Positions 36,646 to 44,988 of a DNA stretch of 64,000 nucleotides are shown piece by piece. The notes under the pieces are model-generated. The model made no database searches. It saw only the letters and a list, made by a program, of their open reading frames with translations, and was not told where the DNA came from. Source of the stretch: Vulcanimicrobiota bacterium (lineage in GTDB: Bacteria > Vulcanimicrobiota > Xenobia > Xenobiales > JADMJV01); assembly GCA_019637395.1 (NCBI GenBank), contig JAHBVR010000009.1, forward strand, positions 266,412-330,411. Reading direction: 5' to 3'. A program made the position numbers and the translations under genes. The stretch's first letter is position 1. Each line of letters begins with the position of its first letter.

Positions 36646-38221
36646 CCTCCCCACTGTCCCGAGCACTGCGGTGCAGGCCTTCCAGGACCGCCTCGGCGCC
36701 CTGCAGCTCGTCCAACCGATCCAGTTGCTCCAGGCATTCCAGCCAGATCGACTGCTGCTCGCCTTTGCGCGCATAGGCGGCGGCCGAAGCGAAAGATTGG
36801 GCCGCTCCCTCGAGCTCGCCCCGGGCCAGGCACAAATAGCCGCGCTCGCGTAGCGCCTCACAGCGCAGAGCCGCATCTTTGGGAACCTCGTTGAGCACCT
36901 CGATGGCCAGCATCAAATTACGATTGCATTCGTACAGTCTTCCACGCAAACGCTCAAGGCGGGCGGTCAGGATATAGATCTGAGCGGAATCGGCCGGACC
37001 GGTTCCCTGGCCCAGCATCCAGCCGGCCGCCTGCAAATCCTGACCGGCCTCCTCCAGCAAATTGCGCTCGATCAAGGTACGACTGCGCTCGACCCGAGCC
37101 CGCAGCACGGGATTGCGTTCCCCCAACTGCAAGAACCGCTCCAGACTTTCCGAGAAGAGTTGGCAGGCCTGCTGATTGTCACCCTGAGCTCGATAGGATA
37201 AGCCCAGACTGCTCAAAGCATAGGCCAGAGCGCGGTAGTTGCCAAAGCGCCGGCACATTTCCACGTCCAGTTGGTGAAAGCGAATGGCCCGCGGATAGTC
37301 CCCCAATTTCATACACAGGTTGCCCAGACGGCCGTAGACGACGGCCAGCTCCGACTCGGCTCCCAGGCGGCGGCTCAGCCGCTCGGCTTTGTAAGTGAAG
37401 TGCAGCGCCTCGGTAATCTTGCCCAGGTCGCTGCAAACCTGACCCAGGCCTTCGTAAGCTTTGGCCACGCCGATCCACATCTGCAAATGCCAGTAGGCGC
37501 GCAAAGCTTGTTCAAGGAACTCGAGAGCCCGTTGCGGCTCCCCCTGCTCCTGGTGGAGGAGTCCCAACAAACGGCAGGCCTCGGCCTGGCAACGATCGGG
37601 TCGAGAACGCGGCCGTTCCATCACGTGCAGCCAGGCTTCCTCGGCCTGGTCGAAGCGGTGCAGGCGGAAAAGCACCCGGCCTCGCTCGATGTCGCTTTCG
37701 TCGTCTCCGAGCTGGGGCAGCATGCGTAAAGCTTCCCGCAATTCCCCGGCCCGCACCAACAGGCGCGCTTTCTCCAGTTGCCAGGCGCGCGCGAACTGCC
37801 CCTCCGGGTCCCATTGCCGGGACAGCAGCAAGGCCTGCTGAGCCTGCTCCTGCTCGCCATACATACCATGAATCTGGGCCGAAAGAATCAGGGCGCGAAC
37901 CAACAACGGCTTGAGGGTGATGGAGGTACGCCGGCACAGCAACCCGTCCAACTCATGGGAAGCCTGATCCCAACGCTGTAACTGTACCAACAACTCGGAA
38001 CGCCACAGGCGAATGGCTGCTTTCTGATCGGCCAGACAGGGGTCGTCGGCGGCTTCCTCTTCGAGCCGATCCAGCCAGGCTCCGCCTAGCTCGAGAGCCC
38101 GGCCATAATCAAAACGCGAAAGGCTGTCTTCAATCGTCTCCAGGAAATGCCGGCATAGCTCTACGGCTCGAGCTTGCGTCAGGTAGATTGCGACCAACTT
38201 TTCTAAACTTGCAGGTTGCAA
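36620..38221 (-). CDS. TPR-repeat protein
   Basis: Reiterated TPR-like helix pairs (LGNLCMKLGDYPRAIRFHQ, LAYALSSLGLSYRAQGD and others). No HTH or enzymatic domain recognised. Confidence 0.65.
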   Translation of the reverse strand: MQPASLEKLVAIYLTQARAVELCRHFLETIEDSLSRFDYGRALELGGAWLDRLEEEAADDPCLADQKAAIRLWRSELLVQLQRWDQASHELDGLLCRRTSITLKPLLVRALILSAQIHGMYGEQEQAQQALLLSRQWDPEGQFARAWQLEKARLLVRAGELREALRMLPQLGDDESDIERGRVLFRLHRFDQAEEAWLHVMERPRSRPDRCQAEACRLLGLLHQEQGEPQRALEFLEQALRAYWHLQMWIGVAKAYEGLGQVCSDLGKITEALHFTYKAERLSRRLGAESELAVVYGRLGNLCMKLGDYPRAIRFHQLDVEMCRRFGNYRALAYALSSLGLSYRAQGDNQQACQLFSESLERFLQLGERNPVLRARVERSRTLIERNLLEEAGQDLQAAGWMLGQGTGPADSAQIYILTARLERLRGRLYECNRNLMLAIEVLNEVPKDAALRCEALRERGYLCLARGELEGAAQSFASAAAYARKGEQQSIWLECLEQLDRLDELQGAEAVLEGLHRSARDSGEAMLGRPLS

Positions 38222-38239
38222 TAGAGCTCAAGAAAAATC

Positions 38240-39169
38240 ATGATAAGAGGGAACTCTTTTGAGGAGCTTGACGACTCCTCCTTTGAAGGAAGTAAGCCTG
38301 ATTTGAGCATGGTCATGTTGCAAAGAGAATGGAGCCTCCAGATGGCCCGCAAGGAACCGGGCCGGTCCGGAGGCTACCCTGGTTTGTTCTGGGCGGCCAT
38401 CGCCCTGAGCTTGCCGCTGCTTCACCATGCCCTGGCCTCGTATCGACTGGATTTCTTGCCTGAACGGCGCGGCTCGTTTGAACTGGCTGGATTCTGGCTG
38501 ATCGGACTTACCTGTTTGCGCGCCTGCATCAGCTGCGCCGCCAGTATGGCCGAAGAAGTCCAGCACCATTCGATCCAGTTGGTACGCCAGCTTCCTCGCT
38601 CGGGCGGCCTGGCCGGCCTGCTCCTCACGAAAATCGCCGTTGCCTCCATACCCCTGCTCATGGAGTGGGGACTGTTCGCAGGTCTGGCCGGTTTGCTCTG
38701 GTTGTTGGGAGTGCCGGTGCAGGACTGGAACTCCGGGCGTTTTCTGGCGGTCGGCCTCACCTCAATGCTCTTTTTCTCCTCGTTGGGTTTGTGGATTGGC
38801 GCGCGTCTGGCCGAACCCGAACGGGCCGTCAACAACGCCCGCGTGGCCGTAGTTATGACACTGGTGGGCTGGGCGATGCTCGAGAGTGTCCTCAAGGGCC
38901 CCACTTTGCTGATCGCCGCCCTCATCTGGATTGGCTTCATGTTTCGCTCCAGCCCGCGCGTCACTTCCGCCTTCCAGGGCGGAGTCATCAGCGCCGTGGT
39001 GGTCCTGCTGCTACCGCAGGCCTATATGCTGGGTGACCTGCGTCTGGCCCAGATGAGCCCTCTGATGGCTGCTTCGAACCCGGATTTGACGCGCGATGAC
39101 TGCATTCTCTACTGCGTCGGCACCGTAGCCATCTTACTGCTGAACCTTCGCCAGTTGAGGAAGCTATAG
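38240..39169 (+). CDS. Hypothetical polytopic membrane protein
   Basis: 309 aa, multiple hydrophobic helices. Immediately followed by the next ORF. Confidence 0.45.
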   Translation: MIRGNSFEELDDSSFEGSKPDLSMVMLQREWSLQMARKEPGRSGGYPGLFWAAIALSLPLLHHALASYRLDFLPERRGSFELAGFWLIGLTCLRACISCAASMAEEVQHHSIQLVRQLPRSGGLAGLLLTKIAVASIPLLMEWGLFAGLAGLLWLLGVPVQDWNSGRFLAVGLTSMLFFSSLGLWIGARLAEPERAVNNARVAVVMTLVGWAMLESVLKGPTLLIAALIWIGFMFRSSPRVTSAFQGGVISAVVVLLLPQAYMLGDLRLAQMSPLMAASNPDLTRDDCILYCVGTVAILLLNLRQLRKL

Positions 39170-39988
39170 GTGGCCCTGGGGCCGCAGTTGCCCGAGTCCC
39201 CCCATCGCGGCGAACGGCGCCTGCTGGATCGGGCCATGTTTTTGGGCGACATCGGGCGTACCGGCAAATCCTCGGAAACCAACCTCAAGGAGGCTGGCAA
39301 CCGTGACCCTTTCAAGATGTTTCTTGAAAAAGAGGTAAACCAGGAAGACGAATTGGTCGAAAAAAAGGCCGAAGGTGACGTGACGGAGGCGGCTGTCGAG
39401 AGCGAGGCCGGTTCAGCCGCCAGCCAGGAAGTCAAGGACGACCAGGTAGAGAACCGCAAGGACGCCGATCGCCAGGCGCTTGAGGGCGGGGCCGAGCAGG
39501 CCGAGCGCGCCACCGCCTCCAACCACGGCTTGTGGCGCGGCCCGCAACTCAATATGGGAGCTGCCATGGTGAGCGTACCCCAGCAATTGCAGGCGCAGCA
39601 GCTGGAGAAGCAGGGACGCGCCCAGAAGCAGCGTGATACCGGCGACAGAGAAAAACTGGAAGAAGGCAAGCAGCGCGTGGACGACGCTCTCTTGCAAGCT
39701 CTGCGTCAGTCGGGACTGGCCCACCCGGTCACCGGCTTCGCCGATCCTCGCCTGCAAGGCGGCCGGCCCCAACTCGGTCCGGAGTGGGCCGTCAAAAACC
39801 AGGTTTACCGCTGGGAGTCCTCGCCCGGTCATCGCCAGGTGCTGCGCTGGGGTGACAAAGAGAGCCTGCTGGAGACCACCGCCGCCGGTCAACGCCAGGT
39901 CATTCAGAAGCTGGGTGAGCAATTCTGGTCGCAAACCACCCTCTGGGACAGCGACACCGGCTTTGACATTTCTAACGACAGCCGCTGA
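39170..39988 (+). CDS. Hypothetical charged/low-complexity protein
   Basis: GTG directly after the upstream TAG. Glu/Gln-rich. No family recognised. Confidence 0.35.
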   Translation: MALGPQLPESPHRGERRLLDRAMFLGDIGRTGKSSETNLKEAGNRDPFKMFLEKEVNQEDELVEKKAEGDVTEAAVESEAGSAASQEVKDDQVENRKDADRQALEGGAEQAERATASNHGLWRGPQLNMGAAMVSVPQQLQAQQLEKQGRAQKQRDTGDREKLEEGKQRVDDALLQALRQSGLAHPVTGFADPRLQGGRPQLGPEWAVKNQVYRWESSPGHRQVLRWGDKESLLETTAAGQRQVIQKLGEQFWSQTTLWDSDTGFDISNDSR

Positions 39989-40025
39989 CCTTGCCAGAGT
40001 GGACCAAGCTCGATAAACTAAGTTC

Positions 40026-40262
40026 ATGAGAATCATTAACGTCCACGAAGCCAAGACACATCTTTCCAAGCTACTAGAGGACGTAAAAGCCGGCGAGGAG
40101 ATCGTGCTGGCCAAAATGGGAAAACCCTATGCCAGGTTGGTGCCCATAGACCAGCCCAAGCCGGTAAGGCTGGGATTTTTAAGCGGTTCGGTCGGTGACG
40201 ATATTCTCCAACCCATGTCGGATGAAGAGTTGGCAGACTGGGAAGGGCCGATCCACCCTTGA
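40026..40262 (+). CDS. vapB: Type II antitoxin (Phd/YefM-type, VapB-like)
   Basis: IINVHEAKTHLSKLLEDVKAGEEIVLAKMGKPYARLVP. 4-nt overlap with the downstream PIN gene. Confidence 0.75.
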   Translation: MRIINVHEAKTHLSKLLEDVKAGEEIVLAKMGKPYARLVPIDQPKPVRLGFLSGSVGDDILQPMSDEELADWEGPIHP

Positions 40263-40648
40263 TACGCCTTCTTCTGGATACCCATGCGCTGCTCTGGGCC
40301 TGGACGGAGCCTGCAAAATTGTCGGAGACCGCCCGCGCATTGATTCAAGAACCTTCGAATACTCGTTGGGTCTCGCCCGTGACCGGTTTTGAGATCTCCC
40401 AGAAGTATCGATTGGGAAAGCTGCAGGTGGAGCCTGGCCTGGTCAGCAACTACACCGACCATCTGCGCACTTTCCAGGCAGAAGAACTCCCCCTCCTGTC
40501 AAAACACGCTCTGTATGCCGGTGGGCTTCCAGGCGAACATAGAGACCCGTTCGACCGTCTTCTGGCCGCCCAGAGTTTGTTAGAAGGTGTTCCCTTGCTG
40601 ACCGCCGACCCGGCCTTCCTCGGCTTTGGAGTCCAGACGATTTGGTAA
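40259..40648 (+). CDS. vapC: PIN-domain toxin VapC
   Basis: LLDTHALLW (Asp1), DPFDRLLAAQ, C-terminal Asp in LLTADP. Confidence 0.85.
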   Translation: MIRLLLDTHALLWAWTEPAKLSETARALIQEPSNTRWVSPVTGFEISQKYRLGKLQVEPGLVSNYTDHLRTFQAEELPLLSKHALYAGGLPGEHRDPFDRLLAAQSLLEGVPLLTADPAFLGFGVQTIW

Positions 40649-40738
40649 TGCGAAACCTCTGACATTGCAATTGCACAGCCGGCCGCCTGAGCGAAGAGCA
40701 ACTGGCCGCCTGGTTCAGGCAGCGCCTTCCAGGCTCTC

Positions 40739-42322
40739 TCACTTGCTGACGACCTCGACATGTTGACCCTGAATCCAGGAAACCTCGAGTCGGACCGGCA
40801 CAGATAGTTCTTTCTGCAATCGATCCCGCCACTGCTTCCAAAGCCCGGCGCGCGGTCTGGTGGGCATCTGCAGGCTGACGACGAGCGAAAGTTCGCTTCC
40901 GCTCAGGCTGGCCCGAGCTTCGACCAGCCAGACCTCAGGTAGCTTTTCTACCTGTTCGTGCAGCCACTTTAACGCTCGCGCCTCCAGTTTCTGACGGAGT
41001 AACTCAGCCTCGCCAACCACTTTCTCGGGCGCAAATTGCAGGGGTCCGTCTTCGGTGTAATCATAGATTACGGTGGTGCGAACGGTGAGCTTCAATTGAT
41101 ACTGCCTCTGGCCGCGCTGGCTCAGGAATTGTTGGGTTGTCTGTTGCAGTTTTCCGACCAGTTCGCTTTCGAAGACATAGGGGCTGCGCAAACTCACCAG
41201 CAATTCCGCGGCTGGCGGCTCCAGACGCAGGCTGCGGAAATTGACCAGTTCCACTTGAGAAAACTGTTTTATCGCCTCCTGAAGAGCCCATTCGGCATCC
41301 GTTCGGAATACGTCTTCAGCGCTCGGCTCGGCTCGCAGCGGGGCAAAAAGCCTGCCCTCCGGCGCCACATAGCTGGACAAAGCCGTACCCACGCGCAGGT
41401 CGATGGTTTCCGGCAACCGCCTTTGCAGCAGGTCGCGCAGGGACTGGACAAAACCCACGGTCAGTTCCTCAGGAGCGCGCACCAGCAAGTCGATTTGCAG
41501 CCGCTGAGCCTGCAGCCTGAGACGGGTCGACTCCAGCCGCGCACCGGGAAGATTGGCCAGGGCCTGATTAACGACTTCCCGGGTCACCCGTTGCGCGTAG
41601 CGTTCCTGCATCAATTGCCGCAATTGGCGCTCCAAAAACCAGGCCGTTCCTCCCAACAGCAGCAGGTTTAAGGCCAGCGCCCGCACCAAGGAAGGATTGC
41701 GCCGCAGCTCGGCCCATTGGGAGAGGCCGGCCAGGGTAAAGACCACGGCGCTGGCCAACTGAATGGCCACAAAGTTAGCCAAGAACAACATGACGGCGCC
41801 GAAGGCTTCACTATAGAGACCGCCGCCCAGGCAAAGGCCAGCGGTGCACAAGGGAGGAACCAGAGTCACCGCGATGGCCACGCCGGCCACGCTCTCCGAG
41901 ACACGTTTGTCCACCGAGGCATAGGCGCCTGCCAGCCCGGCGGCAAACCCAATAGCCATATCCAGCAGAGTTGGCCGGAAGTTGGCCGCGATCTGCTGTT
42001 GCGAGTAATCCAGTTGCTCAGGACCAAAGAACCTGGCCAGCAACAGGCCGGTGACCAGACAAATCAGCGTTCCCACTCCTTCGCTTAAGAGAGAGCGGCG
42101 AAATCGTCTCATTTCCCCGCGTACCAATCCCAACGAAATCCCCAGGATGGGACCGGTCAAAGGAGCCATGGTGGCCGCTCCGATCACGGTCGCCGGAGAG
42201 TTTGCCAGCAACCCGAAAGTGCACACAGCCGCGGACAAAACCATCAAAGCCCCATAAGCGCGATGGAAGGCCGCCATGGAGTCGATTTTCTTGAGAATGA
42301 CCTGCTCTGGCAGACGCATCAA
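40739..42322 (-). CDS. Membrane protein with N-terminal multi-TM domain and large C-terminal soluble domain (possibly DUF389/TIGR00341-like)
   Basis: 527 aa. Hydrophobic first roughly 230 aa, then an Arg/Leu/Gln-rich soluble region. Confidence 0.55.
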   Translation of the reverse strand: MMRLPEQVILKKIDSMAAFHRAYGALMVLSAAVCTFGLLANSPATVIGAATMAPLTGPILGISLGLVRGEMRRFRRSLLSEGVGTLICLVTGLLLARFFGPEQLDYSQQQIAANFRPTLLDMAIGFAAGLAGAYASVDKRVSESVAGVAIAVTLVPPLCTAGLCLGGGLYSEAFGAVMLFLANFVAIQLASAVVFTLAGLSQWAELRRNPSLVRALALNLLLLGGTAWFLERQLRQLMQERYAQRVTREVVNQALANLPGARLESTRLRLQAQRLQIDLLVRAPEELTVGFVQSLRDLLQRRLPETIDLRVGTALSSYVAPEGRLFAPLRAEPSAEDVFRTDAEWALQEAIKQFSQVELVNFRSLRLEPPAAELLVSLRSPYVFESELVGKLQQTTQQFLSQRGQRQYQLKLTVRTTVIYDYTEDGPLQFAPEKVVGEAELLRQKLEARALKWLHEQVEKLPEVWLVEARASLSGSELSLVVSLQMPTRPRAGLWKQWRDRLQKELSVPVRLEVSWIQGQHVEVVSK

Positions 42323-42333
42323 GCCTGGTTCGT

Positions 42334-43152
42334 CTAGGCCCGACCTGACTCCGTCAGAGCGATGAGCACTTCCATGAGTTCCTCCAACTGATCCTGGTTC
42401 CGGTAGTAAAGCTCAATCTTGCCCTTGTCCTTGCTGGACGGGCGTATTTTCACCACCGCGTTCAGTTGCTGGCCCAGTTGTTGCTGAATGTGCTCCCAGT
42501 CGGGAGTCAAACTCTTGCCTTTGCGCGCCGGCTTCTGCTCGTGCAGTTTGCGAATGAAATCCTCGGTCGCGCGCACCGACAGTTGCCGCTCGCGGATCTC
42601 GTGCCAGGCGCGCAACTGGTTACGCTCCCCTTCCAGCGAGAGTACGGCCCGGGCATGGCCGGCGCTCAGAACGCCGGCTTCCAAGTCTGCCAGAATGGAA
42701 GGGGGCAGGCTGAGCAGGCGGATGGCGTTGGCTACGGCCGGCCGGCTGCAGCCCAGGCGCCGGGCCAGTTCGTCCTGGGTCAGCTTGTGCTCGCGCAGCA
42801 AGAATTGAAAGGCGCGGGCTTCCTCGACCGGGTTCAGATCCTGGCGCTGCAGGTTCTCGATCAAGGCCACTTCCAACAGATTCTGCGGTGCGAACTCCTG
42901 GATCAAGGCCGGGATCTCTTCCAGGCCGGCCAATCGCGAAGCGCGCCAACGGCGCTCGCCCACCACCAGGCGGTAGCCTTCGGGCTCGCGAGTGACCACC
43001 ACCGGCTGCACCACGCCGTGCAATTGAATGGAGTCGGCCAGTTCCTGCAGGCGCTCCTGGTCGAAGCGCCGGCGCGGCTGCAAAGGGTTGGCGCGAATCT
43101 GGCGGATGGGTAAAACGGCAAAACCGTTCTCGGGAGACTTGGGCTTACTCAT
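42334..43152 (-). CDS. parB: Chromosome partitioning protein ParB/Spo0J
   Basis: ParB box II GERRWRA, HTH TQDELARRLGCSRPAVANAIRLL, N-terminal LPIRQIRANPLQPRR, C-terminal dimerisation domain. Confidence 0.9.
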   Translation of the reverse strand: MSKPKSPENGFAVLPIRQIRANPLQPRRRFDQERLQELADSIQLHGVVQPVVVTREPEGYRLVVGERRWRASRLAGLEEIPALIQEFAPQNLLEVALIENLQRQDLNPVEEARAFQFLLREHKLTQDELARRLGCSRPAVANAIRLLSLPPSILADLEAGVLSAGHARAVLSLEGERNQLRAWHEIRERQLSVRATEDFIRKLHEQKPARKGKSLTPDWEHIQQQLGQQLNAVVKIRPSSKDKGKIELYYRNQDQLEELMEVLIALTESGRA

Positions 43153-43167
43153 GTTTCACGTGAAACA
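43152..43167. other. parS centromere-like site, perfect consensus TGTTTCACGTGAAACA
   Basis: 16-bp palindrome read directly, abutting or overlapping the parB start codon. Confidence 0.8.
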
Positions 43168-43611
43168 TTGGCTTTCGTTTTTCAGATTTCCTTCGGCTTG
43201 ACCCCTTATACTCCAGCCATGGAGATCTCGCTCCCCGGGCGCCAGACGGCGGCCACCGCCAAGGATGCCTACAAGCACTATAAAAGCCTGGACAACACCC
43301 CCCAGGATCGCGATCCGCGCGACCATTTTATCGAATTTACCCAGGAAGGCCAGAACGTTGAGGTCGCTCTCACGCCCTCGGGATTTCTGGCCCGCCAGAC
43401 CCAGGCGGAGCAGGTCACCATCACCCGGGCCGAGGTGCCTCGCTGGATAGGCAAGGCTCAAGTCGAGGTGGTGTGCCGCACTACCCAGGGGGCCTACAGT
43501 GGATTTTTAGGCGGGGTAGACATCACTCCCGACAACGAGGGACAAGAACGCGCCCGGCAGGTCTTTTATCAGTGGCAGAAGCCTCTGCAGAAGCCTGGCT
43601 GCGGTGGCTGA
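43168..43611 (+). CDS. Hypothetical protein (likely start at MEISLPGRQ, about 43219)
   Basis: Coding-like composition. Divergent from parB. No family recognised. Confidence 0.4.
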   Translation: MAFVFQISFGLTPYTPAMEISLPGRQTAATAKDAYKHYKSLDNTPQDRDPRDHFIEFTQEGQNVEVALTPSGFLARQTQAEQVTITRAEVPRWIGKAQVEVVCRTTQGAYSGFLGGVDITPDNEGQERARQVFYQWQKPLQKPGCGG

Positions 43612-43644
43612 CCCTGACCCACAAACTCCGCCGGTCGGCGGGGC

Positions 43645-44238
43645 CTAAGCGACAGCCCTCTCGAAGGCCGGGCGGGTGCACACTCGCTTGAAGTAAGCGC
43701 GCACGTGCTCAAATCCCTCGAGCAAATTCATCATCTGGGCCCAGCCCAGAATCGAACCGAAAATCACATCCACCATGGAGAAGCGCTCCCCCAGCAGATA
43801 CGAGCGGCTGGCCAGGTGGTCGTCGGCAATGCCCAGAGCGCGGTCAAAACCCTCTTTGGCTCTGGTAGCGCGCTCGGCCGAGCGTTCCTCCTCGGGTAAG
43901 CGCACGGTGTGCAGAAAGATCTCCAGCAAATGTGGTTCCAGGGCAGCTCCTACAAAAAAGGCCCACTGGTAGTATTGGTGGCGTTCCTCGGCAGTCGGCG
44001 CCAGCCCGGCCCGGGGAAAGCGGTCGGCCAGGTAGAGAGCAATAGCCGAAGCCTCCGTCACCACTTGATCGCCATCCACCAGCGTGGGAATTTGTCCCAG
44101 CGGATTGGCCTTTTGCAGCTCCGAGTTGTTCAGATCATCAGGAAACTTGAGACGAATCAGCTCGTGCGCAGCAGCCACTTCTTCCAAGGCCCAGCGCGAG
44201 GACACCGCCCGGGTTTGGGGGGCGTAAAAGAGTTTCAC
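43645..44238 (-). CDS. Glutathione S-transferase
   Basis: N-terminal thioredoxin-like MKLFYAPQTRAVSSRWALEE..IPTL, C-terminal GST helices. Confidence 0.85.
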   Translation of the reverse strand: MKLFYAPQTRAVSSRWALEEVAAAHELIRLKFPDDLNNSELQKANPLGQIPTLVDGDQVVTEASAIALYLADRFPRAGLAPTAEERHQYYQWAFFVGAALEPHLLEIFLHTVRLPEEERSAERATRAKEGFDRALGIADDHLASRSYLLGERFSMVDVIFGSILGWAQMMNLLEGFEHVRAYFKRVCTRPAFERAVA

Positions 44239-44935
44239 GACCTGGCCACCTCCACTTCGTGGGCTATCTGATAGGCGGGGCGGGCCTTGAGCTTTCCGAT
44301 GTAGCCACGCAAGCCGGGAAAATCCCCCAGCAGTCCCTGCATATCCGCCCAGTCCAGAGCGGAACCCACCAGCACGTCGGCGGCCGTGAAGCGCTCCTCG
44401 GCAATAAAGGAGCGGTTGGCCAGGTGATCGCTGATAATCTGGAGACGCGCCTGCAATAAGTTTTTGGCCTGCTCGACGCGTTCAGGCTTGCGTTGCTCCT
44501 CCGGTAGAAAGCGAGTGTGCAGAAAGATCTCCAGCAGTTGATGCTCCAGCGTGTTGTAGATGTAGAAGCAAAAGCGGTAATAATCCCCCGTTTGTCTAGA
44601 GCCGGAGCCAGAGTCCCCGGCTTGTAACGGTCGGCCAGGTACAGGCAAATAGCCCCGGACTCGCAAATCACCCGATCCCCATCCTGCAGGACCGGGATCT
44701 GGGTGAGCGGGTTCAGCTTGCGAAACTCCGGCTGGCGCTGGTCGCCGGCACGCAAATCCATGGGTACGATTTCGTAATCCAGGCCCAGTTCTTCCAACAC
44801 CCAACGAGGCCGGGTTGCTCGGGACTGTTTTGAGTAATACAGCTTCATCATAGGTTCCGCCACTTTGAAAAAAATCCCAGACTCCCTGTAGGACTTAAGT
44901 CCGTTCGGAGCCTGGCCATTTGGCCAGGTCAACAC
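44235..44935 (-). pseudogene. Glutathione S-transferase paralog disrupted by a +1 frameshift in a G5 homopolymer
   Basis: N-terminal half in ORF 44264..44935 (MKLYYSKQSRATRPRWVLEE..ADRYKPGTLAP), C-terminal half in ORF 44235..44804 (YYRFCFYIYNTLEHQLLEIFLHT..). Frames join if one G is removed from aaacgggggatt near 44600. Confidence 0.7.
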
Positions 44936-44988
44936 TTCTCAAACACTTTACTAACGTTGGCAGCAACAGTTAAGCGTATGCTTGACTA

